Positions 38,581-48,362 of a DNA stretch of 64,000 nt are shown piece by piece. Origin of the DNA: Bdellovibrionota bacterium. GTDB taxonomy: Bacteria; Bdellovibrionota_G; JALEGL01; DATDPG01. The notes beneath the pieces are model-generated. The model was not told the origin of the DNA and ran no database searches. It saw only the letters and a list, made by a program, of their open reading frames with translations. Each line of letters begins with the position of its first letter. The first letter of the stretch is position 1. The DNA is taken from NCBI GenBank assembly GCA_963668355.1, contig OY764265.1, forward strand, positions 224,001 to 288,000, given 5' to 3'. Both the position numbers and the translations under genes were made by a program.

Positions 38581-39491
38581 TCCATACACTGTGAGAGAAT
38601 AATCTTCGCATTGGTTTCAGGAGACTCCTGACCATCCAGCCAATGAATCGCCACGCCTTCACGTTCCATCTTTCGGAACCACGTGTCTTGTCTTTTGGCG
38701 AAATGGTGAATGGCCGTATTCAATTGCAAAAACATTTCTTTCTGGCTGTAGTCCCCTCGAAGATATTCCGTAATAAATCGGTATTCGAGGCCATAAAAAA
38801 TGAGTTGTTCTGGAGTCAGACCGCGTTCCAACAACCTCTGCACTTCTTCGATCATCCCACTCTCCAAACGCTCTTGGAGTCGTTTTGTAATCCGGGCTCG
38901 TAAAACACTTCGATCCCAACGGAGTCCGTAAACGCACGAGTTAAGAGAAATGGATGGAGAAACAGACGCCGGAGGCGCCTCGGCAATTTCAATGGCACGA
39001 ATCAATCGCTTCCGATTAAGAATATCTGTTTGATTATGAAGAGGGCCGTGCGTTTTTAGCTCAGCCACCAACTCTTCCGTGGACTTTTCTTTCAATTCAG
39101 CTTGGCGATTCGGGTTGGGGGGAACTGCCAGCAATTGATAATCCTGTAAAAGCGCATTGAGATAGAGACCCGTTCCACCACAAAGGATGGGAAATCGATT
39201 GCGCGAATGAATGTCTTGAATCGCCGCGACGCCATCTCGTTTGAATTCGAAAAGATTGTATTCATAGCCAGGATCCACAATATCCACGAGATGAACGGGA
39301 ATTCTTCGGCCCGACACAAGGTACTCGCCCAGATCCTTTCCCGTCCCGAGATCCATATGTCGATACACTTGACGAGAGTCTGCACTCACCACTTCCCCGT
39401 CCACCAGTCCAGCAACAGAAGCCGCCAGTCGGGTCTTTCCGGACGCGGTCGGCCCCAAAATGCAGATCAATGGAATGGGCTTTTCAGACAT
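38577..39491 (-). CDS. miaA: tRNA dimethylallyltransferase
   Basis: GPTASGKT, SADSRQVY..MDLGTGKD, GGTGLY, FAKRQ.TW. Confidence 0.93.
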   Translation of the reverse strand: MSEKPIPLICILGPTASGKTRLAASVAGLVDGEVVSADSRQVYRHMDLGTGKDLGEYLVSGRRIPVHLVDIVDPGYEYNLFEFKRDGVAAIQDIHSRNRFPILCGGTGLYLNALLQDYQLLAVPPNPNRQAELKEKSTEELVAELKTHGPLHNQTDILNRKRLIRAIEIAEAPPASVSPSISLNSCVYGLRWDRSVLRARITKRLQERLESGMIEEVQRLLERGLTPEQLIFYGLEYRFITEYLRGDYSQKEMFLQLNTAIHHFAKRQDTWFRKMEREGVAIHWLDGQESPETNAKIILSQCME

Positions 39492-39837
39492 GGGCCTGAT
39501 GTACCACACCTTTCCGGCGATTCAAATTCGCTCAAAAAGGAGTTGGTCGTTTTTCACCCTGAAGACAGCTTGCGCCTGACAAATTCGTTTGAGGTCTTCC
39601 ACCGAACCCTAAAGACTCAGGTTTCGTGTCGACACTCCTTCCTTGGCTTTGCTCGATTCCATAATAGAAGAGAATATATGGAATCTCTACTTTCTACCGA
39701 TTTATTTTTTTACCCAAATCCACCTGAAACACTTGCCCCTTCAGTACCAATTTTACGCTCTATCCCGACGAAGAACCGATGGTTGGGAATTTTTGAACGC
39801 GAACGAATCAATTGAGTGAAATCGCTCTGCGATTCAA

Positions 39838-40584
39838 CTACACCATTTGAATTCCGCCACTGACGGGCAAGTAACTTCCCGAAACAAATCGGGATGCGTC
39901 AGAAGCGTAAAACAAAACGGCCCCGGCCACATCTTCCGGCAAACCGACACGACCGAGAGGTGTCATTGAAGCCAGACCGTCTCGTTGGGCTTTAGGAATT
40001 CCTCGTGTGGCATCCGTCTCCGTTAGCCCAGGTGCAACCACATTGACACGAATTTGATGTGGACCCAATTCAAGGGCCAAAGATTTTCCAAATGAATCAA
40101 GAGCTGACTTAGCGGTAGAATGTGCACAGAACCCCATACCGGGATACCGAGAAAGACTGCTAGAGATGAAAATAACGGATCCCTTTTTTCGCTGAATCAT
40201 CCCCGAAGCAACGGCTCGCGTTGTAAAAAAAGAAGCCTTCAGTTCCCCCGTGAGTTTTGCCTCAAAAGCATCCCAGGGATACTCCATGAAGGGAACGGTA
40301 GGAAACGTGATGCTCGCATTGGCCACCAATACATCGATGGACCCCAACGCTTCTTCGGCTTTCTGGACCATCTCCTCCACGGCGGATTGATCTCGACAAT
40401 CCGCCTGGAGCGCCACGGCCTTTCCTCCCTTGGCTTGAATATCGGCCACAACTTGGTCGGCGGCAGTTTGATTCTGAAAATAATTCACAGCTACAGATGC
40501 GCCGTGTTCACCCAACAATCTGGCTGTCGCGGCTCCAATGCCTCGGCTGGCTCCCGTAACAAGAATAACCTTATCTTTGACCAT
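39838..40584 (-). CDS. SDR family oxidoreductase (FabG-like; HxxxK in place of YxxxK)
   Basis: TGASRGIG, NA, ISS, HSTAK, NVVAPG. Confidence 0.88.
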   Translation of the reverse strand: MVKDKVILVTGASRGIGAATARLLGEHGASVAVNYFQNQTAADQVVADIQAKGGKAVALQADCRDQSAVEEMVQKAEEALGSIDVLVANASITFPTVPFMEYPWDAFEAKLTGELKASFFTTRAVASGMIQRKKGSVIFISSSLSRYPGMGFCAHSTAKSALDSFGKSLALELGPHQIRVNVVAPGLTETDATRGIPKAQRDGLASMTPLGRVGLPEDVAGAVLFYASDASRFVSGSYLPVSGGIQMV

Positions 40585-40666
40585 GTGCTCCTCCAGGGAC
40601 TTTAGAAAAAATTGGGGATCATCATACGTGACATTTCATATCAGAGAAAAGAAGGCATCCCGCGCT

Positions 40667-41236
40667 CTAAAAAACGCCATGTTCGTGAAGAATTCTCCCT
40701 CCGATGATGAGCAAGACGATACCCCCAGTTAACTCGGCATAACGTGTCAATCTCACACGACGGCCGAGTACGCCTCCAAGATGAATTCCCCCTGCCGTGA
40801 AAGCCCCTGCAACAAGTCCAATCACAAGAGAAGGGAACCAAACGGAAACTCGAAGCATGGCCAAGCTCAATCCCAAGGCTAACGCATCGATGCTCGTTGC
40901 GATCGACAAAATGAGGAGAGACCACCCCTTCGTGGGCTCTTTGAAGCTAACTCTTTCTTGATCATAGCGAAGAGCAGAAAAAATCATTCTCCCTCCAATG
41001 ACGGAAAGCAACAGAAAAGCCACCCAATGATCGAAAGCAGAAATACAATCTTGGAAAGAAAGACCCAACGCCCAACCCAATATGGGCATCAAGGCTTGAA
41101 ACAATCCAAAATGCCACGCAAGTCGAAACGTTTGACGACCCGAGACATTCTTAAGAGAAACACCAATGGCAATCGATACCGCAAATGCATCCATGGCCAA
41201 AGCAATGGCTACAGCAAAAATTTCAAAGACGTTCAC
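40667..41236 (-). CDS. mntP: Manganese efflux pump MntP
   Basis: LAMDAFAVS, FGLFQALMP, DHWVAF, ATSIDALA. Confidence 0.92.
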   Translation of the reverse strand: MNVFEIFAVAIALAMDAFAVSIAIGVSLKNVSGRQTFRLAWHFGLFQALMPILGWALGLSFQDCISAFDHWVAFLLLSVIGGRMIFSALRYDQERVSFKEPTKGWSLLILSIATSIDALALGLSLAMLRVSVWFPSLVIGLVAGAFTAGGIHLGGVLGRRVRLTRYAELTGGIVLLIIGGRILHEHGVF

Positions 41237-41352
41237 GTCGCTACTTTTACCAAAAACCGTAGAAGATCCTACCTATTTGCCTTTTTGCTAAAAGCATAAC
41301 TTTCTTACAAATGGATTTTGGAATTCTGTGTGTTCCAAAAGCCAACCCGCTT

Positions 41353-41733
41353 TTAATAGTCGGAATTGAAATCCAAAACACCGTCGGCGAGATTCGACAC
41401 TCCGATTCGACAAAAATAGGACCAAGCCGAACCCGGAATCGGCGACTTTGTGCAGGAGATGTTTTGACCCTCAGCATGATGATGACGTCCGATGGTCTCT
41501 TCTGGATCGGAGTACTTTTTCTCAATTCGCTCATACAGCGCTCGCGCCACATCTCCATAAAACGTTAGAACGCCTTGATTCGTTTGAGGCGAATATGGGT
41601 CAAACGAATTTTCCAAATCCACCCAAAGGATAGATGTTCCCTCGAATGCGTTGGGTGGAGCGTCTTCTTGAGCAAATGAATAGGTGAATCCGAGACTGCA
41701 CATGAATGAAATGAGAAACGCAAAGAACCTCAT
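41353..41733 (-). CDS. Hypothetical secreted protein
   Basis: SD GGGAGG, signal peptide, two Cys. Confidence 0.6.
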   Translation of the reverse strand: MRFFAFLISFMCSLGFTYSFAQEDAPPNAFEGTSILWVDLENSFDPYSPQTNQGVLTFYGDVARALYERIEKKYSDPEETIGRHHHAEGQNISCTKSPIPGSAWSYFCRIGVSNLADGVLDFNSDY

Positions 41734-41840
41734 GCCGACCTCCCTTGTTGAAACGCACGGGTATTTAACACCTGAATTAGCGCATCGCATCAAGTAAATC
41801 AAGTCGGGAAACGATTTCAAACAAACCTACCATTTCCCCT

Positions 41841-42323
41841 TCAGACAAGGTTTCTGGAGAGGTGCCAAATCGAAAAGTTCAAAATTCCCGCAAAGGAAAC
41901 CCATAGCCAGTACGGAACCAATAACACCCCTGCCCGAATGTCCACCTTCCAAAAACGACAAAGCGTGAAAAGAATGAAGATATTCAGAATCAGAATTTCC
42001 ACAAAAGCCCAACCTGGCTTCCGGAACCCAAAAAATAGAATCGTCCAAAGAAGATTCAACAGAAGCTGAATCAAGTAGAACTGCCACTTGGGGTCTTTGA
42101 AACGAAATCCAGACCGACGCCAAACCAGCCAAGCTGCAACCGCCATCGAAACGTAAAGAAAGGTCCACACCGGTCCAAAAATCCAACCGGGAGGATTAAA
42201 CGAAGGCTTTGCGAGCGTGAGATACCAGGAATTGACCGAAGTCGCGGTAACAAGCCCCCCGATGACCTGAACCAATAAAACCAGAGCCAAAGAAACCAAC
42301 AATCCGCCCCACGAAGATCTCAT
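41841..42323 (-). CDS. tspO: TspO/MBR-family tryptophan-rich sensory protein
   Basis: WY..L.KPSFNPP.WIFGPVWT.LY, QL.LN..W...FF, PY..WVSFA..LN. Confidence 0.93.
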   Translation of the reverse strand: MRSSWGGLLVSLALVLLVQVIGGLVTATSVNSWYLTLAKPSFNPPGWIFGPVWTFLYVSMAVAAWLVWRRSGFRFKDPKWQFYLIQLLLNLLWTILFFGFRKPGWAFVEILILNIFILFTLCRFWKVDIRAGVLLVPYWLWVSFAGILNFSIWHLSRNLV

Positions 42324-42436
42324 TCAAGAATCCCCTTTTCAATTTACATTGTTCACGAAAACCATCTTCCCGCCACACTTCGAGATCTACCAAAATTTCG
42401 TACCTGAAGTTACGACGGGAATTAAAAAATCAAGAC

Positions 42437-43039
42437 TTAGGGTTCATTCAACTGAGTACATTCATCAAAAGTGAGCAACTCCCCACCAAGGTGCCTTTGG
42501 ATGTACTCCGCAACTTGTTCTGTAAACGACCCTTCAAAATTTCTTTTGACCGACAAAGCCTCTGCTTCTGACAACGCCTCATGCCAACGGTACGAATACC
42601 ATTGCGTACATGGAGCAAACCGTATGGATTGGTGAAAATATTCTCCCTGATAGAAATCAAGTCGAATGCGTATGTCTTGGTCACTCACTTCTGGATTCTC
42701 CTCCAAAAGCATCTCAAGAAGATCCTTCCCTCGCCCAAGAATCAGCTCAAATTCATCCCTTCCCTCTGAAGGGCAAACCACCGTAGCAGTCCCTCGTCTT
42801 CCCAAAAGCGGAGGTTGCAAAAAATACCCCCAAACCAAACCATTCTGTTCTTTTAAATCGTCCGGAGAAACCCAGGTCGTCTTCCAAATCGACCACAGAT
42901 CTCCAGCCCCCCTTTTCTCAACTACGAATGTAGCCGAAAAGCCTTCGTAATCAGGGGGCGCAAGATAAACCGACCAGGCAAGGGAGGGAACGAGAAGAAT
43001 GGAAAAAACCACAAGGGAGATCTTCATAGCCCAACTCAT
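42437..43039 (-). CDS. Hypothetical secreted protein
   Basis: SD GAAGGA, signal peptide. Confidence 0.55.
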   Translation of the reverse strand: MSWAMKISLVVFSILLVPSLAWSVYLAPPDYEGFSATFVVEKRGAGDLWSIWKTTWVSPDDLKEQNGLVWGYFLQPPLLGRRGTATVVCPSEGRDEFELILGRGKDLLEMLLEENPEVSDQDIRIRLDFYQGEYFHQSIRFAPCTQWYSYRWHEALSEAEALSVKRNFEGSFTEQVAEYIQRHLGGELLTFDECTQLNEP

Positions 43040-43141
43040 ATTTCCTTCTAGCATTCGCGTCAATACACAACCGGACGGGAGGTTGATTCGTTGCGTTATT
43101 TTGGCCTTTTGTGCTAGAACTAGGTCTGAAAGGGGATTCTC

Positions 43142-43609
43142 ATGAACATAGTCCGAAAAGTCCACCTGATTGCATCCTTGACTTTGCTAACCTGGATCGG
43201 AGCCAACAACCTCAACGCGATGGCCTACACCGCTCAAGATCTATGTAGCCAAGTTGGGGGTTCTTTTCTTACTTTGACGGAAGAAGAAACATCGCTTGAG
43301 ATTTGTCAGTTCCGATCAGCAGCCATTGAAGCCACGACATTGTTGGATTTTTACGAACGAGACAGTTACGCCCCTTGGCCAGAAGCCATCGATGCTTTTG
43401 CACAACGAAGATTCAGTAAAGGCGGTTGGGGAACTCCCGAATCGGTCTGCTTAAACCTCGAAGGCGACATTCTCTCCATCGAGAATTTTGACTTCTGCGT
43501 CTTTTGTGATGAGTCCATCATCGAACTAAAAACCCTCTTTAGCGGTGTGGATGCAAAAGACAATGCCGGTCTCAAAAAGGCCATTGAACTGGCTATGGGC
43601 GGAGAATAG
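43142..43609 (+). CDS. Secreted protein with two DUF333-like Cys repeats
   Basis: C...GG...C.F...IE..TL pattern occurs twice. Confidence 0.6.
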   Translation: MNIVRKVHLIASLTLLTWIGANNLNAMAYTAQDLCSQVGGSFLTLTEEETSLEICQFRSAAIEATTLLDFYERDSYAPWPEAIDAFAQRRFSKGGWGTPESVCLNLEGDILSIENFDFCVFCDESIIELKTLFSGVDAKDNAGLKKAIELAMGGE

Positions 43610-43671
43610 TTTTTGAATTCTTCCCCAAAGTGAATGGATTTTTAAAACGATAGGAGACTAACTTCTTTGTT

Positions 43672-43881
43672 CTAAGGCTCCGATGATTTCTTCTCTTGGC
43701 TCAAAGCAAAGGCTTCTTTATTCAATTTTGTAACGACACAAGACCCTAACCCTTTACAGTCATTTTGCCGATCGAGTTCAAGCGATTCGAAAAGTTCGGA
43801 CAAAGCAAAAAGCTCGTTTGTGTTCAATGGAGAGGCCACGAGTAACAGCAATAAGGTTGCCAATAGCCCAACGAATTTCAT
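43672..43881 (-). CDS. Small hypothetical exported protein
   Basis: MKFVGLLATLLLLL signal-like start, GGGGG SD. Confidence 0.4.
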   Translation of the reverse strand: MKFVGLLATLLLLLVASPLNTNELFALSELFESLELDRQNDCKGLGSCVVTKLNKEAFALSQEKKSSEP

Positions 43882-44035
43882 GTGAACCCCCATAATAAAA
43901 AGTTGAGAATCCTCAACAACGCGAAGCATAATTTGTCGTCAAAGCATTTTCCATTGCAGGCCCCCTCCACACGCAGACGCCACCTCTTCATATAGAAATT
44001 TCGGGTTCAGTCGGGCGGCCCCAGATTCAATGATC

Positions 44036-44845
44036 TCAACCTAAGGCTACATCAAGCACCATCATCACCGTAAAACCGAGAATGGCGAACATGGTCGCTA
44101 AGTCTGTATTCTTTGCCAATTGAGACTCCGGAATTAATTCTTCGACCACAACGTAAATCATGGCCCCAGCCGCGAAGGCCAAGGCATAAGGAAGAAGGGG
44201 CTGAAGGAGCAACACCGCCACCGCACCCAGCACGCCGGCGATAGGCTCAACCAAGCCGGACAACTGACCAAACGTGAAGGCCTTCATGCGTGTCCATCCT
44301 TCTCGGCGAAGGGGAGCAGAAACGGCCAACCCCTCCGGAATGTTCTGAATGGCTATCCCGAGGGCTAGAGCGACAGCCGCCCCCAGTGAGGCTGAGGGGA
44401 TTCCCGCTGCAATCGCGCCAAAAGCTACTCCCACGGCTAACCCTTCAGGAATGTTGTGCAACGTGATGGCCAAGACAAGCAGAACACTGCGATGCCAACC
44501 GGTTTTAACCCCCTCTGCTTCCTCCCGTGGAAAACCGAGATGTAAATGCGGAAGCAAACGATCCACCAGAAACAAGAAAACGCCTCCGGCGAGAAAACCC
44601 ACCGCAACGGTTAACCAGGGAATTTGGCCAAGCTCCTTAGCCAACTGGATAGCCGGAGCCAAAAGTGACCAAAAACTAGCGGCAATCATCACACCAGCGG
44701 CAAAGCCCAACATGGCATCTAGTACTTTGCGATTGATATCGGTGAAGAAAAAAACCGCTGCAGCTCCCAGAGCTGTAAAGCCCCAAGTAAAGAGAGTTGC
44801 CAGAAGAGCTTGGACAACTGGCGAAAGTTCAGCAAACCAAGTCAC
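44036..44845 (-). CDS. ZIP-family (GufA/ZupT-like) divalent metal transporter
   Basis: [63 protein letters not shown] before GTG 44845. Confidence 0.92.
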   Translation of the reverse strand: MTWFAELSPVVQALLATLFTWGFTALGAAAVFFFTDINRKVLDAMLGFAAGVMIAASFWSLLAPAIQLAKELGQIPWLTVAVGFLAGGVFLFLVDRLLPHLHLGFPREEAEGVKTGWHRSVLLVLAITLHNIPEGLAVGVAFGAIAAGIPSASLGAAVALALGIAIQNIPEGLAVSAPLRREGWTRMKAFTFGQLSGLVEPIAGVLGAVAVLLLQPLLPYALAFAAGAMIYVVVEELIPESQLAKNTDLATMFAILGFTVMMVLDVALG

Positions 44846-44937
44846 GAATCCTCCTTGTTTCAAACCCATCGAACTCCGTCAACCAAGGAACACGAAAATC
44901 GCGGGGCACCGGCGTATCTCCCCAAACTGTGAACAAC

Positions 44938-44971
44938 AAGAAAAAGGCCCACTGAAGTGGGCCTTTTTCTT
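44938..44971. terminator. Bidirectional terminator-like hairpin
   Basis: AAGAAAAAGGCCCAC-TGAA-GTGGGCCTTTTTCTT. Confidence 0.75.
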
Positions 44972-44972
44972 T

Positions 44973-45002
44973 TGGCGTCCCCATTGGTACTCAGTGGAAC
45001 CC
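44973..45002 (-). other. tRNA-Glu 3'-end-like remnant (putative att site A)
   Basis: Minus strand GGGTTCCACTGAGTACCAATGGGGACGCCA then terminator; GGGGACGCCA is the usual proteobacterial tRNA-Glu 3' end. Confidence 0.5.
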
Positions 45003-45060
45003 TATGTAGCTATACATATTGGCATATCTATCGATGCATTTTTTGTATATACTTGTATAT

Positions 45061-45522
45061 ATGTTTCTCATCGACATTGTTAGTGTGCTTGCCAAAAACA
45101 ATGTTTCCTACGCAGTTGTGGGAGGATACGCGGTTTCCCTCTATGGAGCGGTTCGTGGAACGGTGGACGTTGATCTCGTGATTTCCTTGACGGAATCGAG
45201 CTATATTGGTTGCGAAAATGCTCTCAAATCGCTTGGACTCCGATCAAAGCTTCCTGTAACGGCTAAGGACGTTTTTCAATTTCGAGATGAGTATATTCGG
45301 GAGCGAAACCTTCGTGCATGGTCTTTCTATGATCCTAAAGACCCCTCTCGCCTTGTGGATATTGTCATAACCTATGGGAAGAAAACGATTTCCACAAAGG
45401 TCGTGACTCTCAAAGGAAAGAGAGTTCTGCTGATGACAAAGCGCGAGCTGATAAAAATGAAAAGAGAATCTGGACGACCTCAAGACTTGGAGGACGTAAG
45501 AGCACTGGAGGAGCTCAAATGA
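45061..45522 (+). CDS. Nucleotidyltransferase-fold protein (putative TA component)
   Basis: VVGGYAV..YG..R.T.DVD, K..SGRPQDLED; ATATAC-TT-GTATAT palindrome abuts the ATG. Confidence 0.78.
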   Translation: MFLIDIVSVLAKNNVSYAVVGGYAVSLYGAVRGTVDVDLVISLTESSYIGCENALKSLGLRSKLPVTAKDVFQFRDEYIRERNLRAWSFYDPKDPSRLVDIVITYGKKTISTKVVTLKGKRVLLMTKRELIKMKRESGRPQDLEDVRALEELK

Positions 45523-45767
45523 AAAGAGCCACGCAATACTTCAGTACAGAATACCTCCAAAACTGTAGGGCCATGAGTCCAGAGCAAATCGTGCAATTTC
45601 TTGAGGAGTTTCGAATCTTGCATGGTTCACTGCCTACCAAGAAACGGCTAATCAGCATGCGAATCAGCGAATCATTACTTAACGCTGTAAAGGTAAAATC
45701 GAGAGCCCTCGGAATCCCCTATCAGACTCAGATACAGCGACTCCTTGAAGAATGGGTAAAAACATAG
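45519..45767 (+). CDS. CopG/BrnA-like ribbon-helix-helix antitoxin-type protein
   Basis: ISMRISESLL..VK.K....GIPYQTQI..LL. Confidence 0.78.
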   Translation: MKRATQYFSTEYLQNCRAMSPEQIVQFLEEFRILHGSLPTKKRLISMRISESLLNAVKVKSRALGIPYQTQIQRLLEEWVKT

Positions 45768-45783
45768 TCAAAGCCAAAGTATT

Positions 45784-45848
45784 GGTGCCAGCATTAATGC
45801 CAAGCGCATTTCAGCAACATATCGCATGACAATAATGCGCCTGGCACC
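45784..45848. repeat. Imperfect inverted repeat (REP-like)
   Basis: GGTGCCAG-CATTA ... TAATG-CGC-CTGGCACC. Confidence 0.4.
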
Positions 45849-45937
45849 TGAACATTGATTGGATCTGCGGAGCTTACCGCTACCGCGCTCGAAATGAAGC
45901 CAGCCACTTCATCCCTTCTCGATTTCCAAAATTCGGT

Positions 45938-46366
45938 TCAGTCGTGTGTTCTCCGATTCCGATTCCAAATCGTATCCCAGTTTCGACAAAAAAGAGTTAT
46001 GGCCATGAACGAAAGCGCCCAGATGATCGTAAATTCTTTTGAAACAATGATGGCAAAAGGAACGTTAAATCCTTCAATTGGAACTCGTATGTGTAGCCAA
46101 GGAAGAGGCAAAGAAAACGCAGTAAATAGAAGCATGCTAGAAATAACCAAAGCACTCCATCGAACATGAATCCCAAATATGATCAATAAAGGACAAATGA
46201 ATTCAATGACCGCGGCCAAACCACTGAAAAAGGTTTTCGGATAAAAATTTACATGGGGTCCCCAGGTTTCCCAGTTGAACAACCAAGCCGCCAATTTCGG
46301 AAAACCGTGATCGAAAAAAAGTAAGGCACTTAGACCGATTCGGTAAATTCTCTCTTTCCATATCAT
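45938..46366 (-). CDS. DoxX-family membrane protein
   Basis: R......HG..KL, A..IEF....L...G...R. Confidence 0.75.
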   Translation of the reverse strand: MIWKERIYRIGLSALLFFDHGFPKLAAWLFNWETWGPHVNFYPKTFFSGLAAVIEFICPLLIIFGIHVRWSALVISSMLLFTAFSLPLPWLHIRVPIEGFNVPFAIIVSKEFTIIWALSFMAITLFCRNWDTIWNRNRRTHD

Positions 46367-46500
46367 TCGAAATCTCCCAATCTCGTGCCTAACCTACATG
46401 ATGTAGGAGATTTTCGAAAATCATGGAGAATCAAGGATTAAGTTTAAGGTTAAGGTTAATCCTTAATGATACAAAAAAGCCCTCCAAAACAATTCGAGGC

Positions 46501-46634
46501 AATTCGAGGGACAGTATACTTAATTATATAAAATCTCGAAAAGCCTTGTCTAATAACATCATCAGGTCGGCGATGTTGTGGTTTTTGCAAAACAATCCAG
46601 CAAATATGTAGTTAAGTATACTGTCCCCCGAATT
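46501..46634. mobile_element. 134-bp MITE-like element, copy 1
   Basis: TIRs AATTCGAGGGACAGTATACTTAA / TTAAGTATACTGTCCCCCGAATT (22/23); 3 mismatches versus copy 2. Confidence 0.8.
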
Positions 46635-46656
46635 CCCATATATCTTTTCCTCTCCT

Positions 46657-47085
46657 TCAAATCGCTAAAATCATGCCTCCAAGAACCATAAGGAACCCCC
46701 CTAGCAGCGTCTTGGCAGTCAGTGATTCACCAAGAAACACAAAAGCCAGCAACATAACAAGGGCCACACTCAGTTTATCTACAGGGGCAACCTTGGAAGC
46801 AGGACCCAATTGCAGCGCACGATAGTAACAAAGCCAAGACAGGCCCGTTGCAATCCCCGAAAGAACCAAGAACAGAAGGCCATGACGAAAACCCGTCTCT
46901 GGTCGTTGCCACTCTCCTCGAAAAGATATGATTCCCGCTGTTAGGAAGAGAATAACCACCGTGCGAATGAAAGTAGCTAGATTAGAATTTATTTGAGCAA
47001 CTCCCACCTTTCCAAGAATAGCTGTCAGTGCGGCGAACAAAGCAGATCCCAAAGCATAAGTTTGCCAATTCGAAAATATCCTCAT
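46657..47085 (-). CDS. EamA-family (single-domain DMT) transporter
   Basis: SALFAALTAILGKVG..SNLATFIRT..LSG.ATG.SWLCYYRALQ.G.AS.V.PVDKLS. Confidence 0.9.
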   Translation of the reverse strand: MRIFSNWQTYALGSALFAALTAILGKVGVAQINSNLATFIRTVVILFLTAGIISFRGEWQRPETGFRHGLLFLVLSGIATGLSWLCYYRALQLGPASKVAPVDKLSVALVMLLAFVFLGESLTAKTLLGGFLMVLGGMILAI

Positions 47086-47122
47086 GGTGCGCCCATAATA
47101 ATCCTAAATGGAGCCATGAAAA

Positions 47123-47977
47123 GTGGTCTTTTCATTGATTTCTGCAAAAATGCGATTCGTGAATTTGGTTTCCAAATCAAGAATCGGTTTCTTTTCTTTG
47201 CTGGTATTGAGCCACCTGCTTGTATTGACAACTCCTCGTTTGGCTGGAGCGGAAACCTCCTTATTGGAGAACTATTCGCTACGCGATCTATACATGGCTC
47301 CAATTGCCACCGTATACGAACCCAACCAGAAGGTGTGGAATGTCCCAGGACTATCCATCCTCGGTGTAGGCACAATCGGAAGCGTTGTTGTTCAACAGAC
47401 GATAGATCCCCACTTTCCCAAGCCGACAAGAACCCCTGAATATCGCCAATTCAGTTCCACGGTTTCTGATATAGGATTATTTCTTCCCTATATCACCACG
47501 GGAGCCTTTTTTCTGGGCACGCCCCTGTTAAAAAAGGGCACTCAGGAACAACGATACACTTTCCAAACGGCAGTAGAACTATGTGAAAGCCAAGTCCTTA
47601 CTCTTGTATCTTCATTGGTTCTAAAATATGCGGTCACCAAAAAGCGCCCTGATGGAAGCAATTTCTTCTCCTTCCCATCACTCCACACATCCATGGCCTT
47701 CTCAACTGCTGGGATGCTCCTATATCGATATCCTTGGTATGTCGGTCTGAGTGGTTTAGGTGTGGCCACACTCATCGGATTTTCGCGCATTGATCTCAAC
47801 AAGCATTACACATCCGACGTGATTGCTGGTGCCGCGTTGGGCCTTCTTTTTTCTACAGGCGTACACTATTTACATCGCGGCCGAGAACAGATGAAGGCTG
47901 GGGCATTAAGTCAAATATCCCTCTCTCCGTTTGTCGAACATGGCCATTATGGACTAACCTTCTCAACACAATTTTGA
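47123..47977 (+). CDS. PAP2-family phosphatase, exported (start may be 47150)
   Basis: K.....KRP, SFPSLH, SRI....HY.SDV..G. Confidence 0.85.
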   Translation: MVFSLISAKMRFVNLVSKSRIGFFSLLVLSHLLVLTTPRLAGAETSLLENYSLRDLYMAPIATVYEPNQKVWNVPGLSILGVGTIGSVVVQQTIDPHFPKPTRTPEYRQFSSTVSDIGLFLPYITTGAFFLGTPLLKKGTQEQRYTFQTAVELCESQVLTLVSSLVLKYAVTKKRPDGSNFFSFPSLHTSMAFSTAGMLLYRYPWYVGLSGLGVATLIGFSRIDLNKHYTSDVIAGAALGLLFSTGVHYLHRGREQMKAGALSQISLSPFVEHGHYGLTFSTQF

Positions 47978-48002
47978 TAGAGAACAAAACAACCTTCGTA
48001 CG

Positions 48003-48356
48003 ATGAAAAACCAGCCCTTTCATAAACGTCTGCGATTCGCTCTCAACGGCCTTTGCACAACTTGGAAAACTGAACGCAGTTTCAGAACACAAACCGTGTT
48101 GGCCTTCGCCGCAATCTTGCTTCTTGTGTTCTTTAAGCCAGAGCCTATCTGGTGGGCTCTATTTTTTATTGCGATTGGGGCGGTACTCACCGCCGAGCTA
48201 CTCAATACTTCGCTCGAATACTATTTGGATGAATTTCACAAGGAAGAGCACCCCGTCATTAAGCAGGTGAAAGATGTCGCGGCTGCGGCTGTTTTGGTCG
48301 CCAGCTTGATGTCACTTGGTGTCGCTACAGCCTTCTTGTTTCACGTTCTTGGATAA
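48003..48356 (+). CDS. dgkA: Diacylglycerol/undecaprenol kinase family protein
   Basis: FALNGL....TERSFR, AELLNTSLE...D, KDVAAAAVL. Confidence 0.88.
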   Translation: MKNQPFHKRLRFALNGLCTTWKTERSFRTQTVLAFAAILLLVFFKPEPIWWALFFIAIGAVLTAELLNTSLEYYLDEFHKEEHPVIKQVKDVAAAAVLVASLMSLGVATAFLFHVLG

Positions 48357-48362
48357 ATTACC

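Noticed and set aside
39537..39640. Possible ncRNA (AAGGAGT..GTCG / CGAC..ACTCCTT ends) or decayed gene upstream of miaA
   Set aside because: Only the terminal stem is convincing; no SRP, 6S or riboswitch motif, and reading frames are interrupted without recognisable homology
41237..41352. yybP-ykoY Mn riboswitch upstream of mntP
   Set aside because: Expected from context, but conserved aptamer motifs were not recognisable
44349..45083. 244-aa + strand ORF
   Set aside because: Antisense shadow of the ZIP transporter; runs through a terminator
46393..46467. CCTACAT-G-ATGTAGG palindrome and TTAAG repeats upstream of doxX
   Set aside because: Plausible operators, but no cognate regulator or second copy in the window
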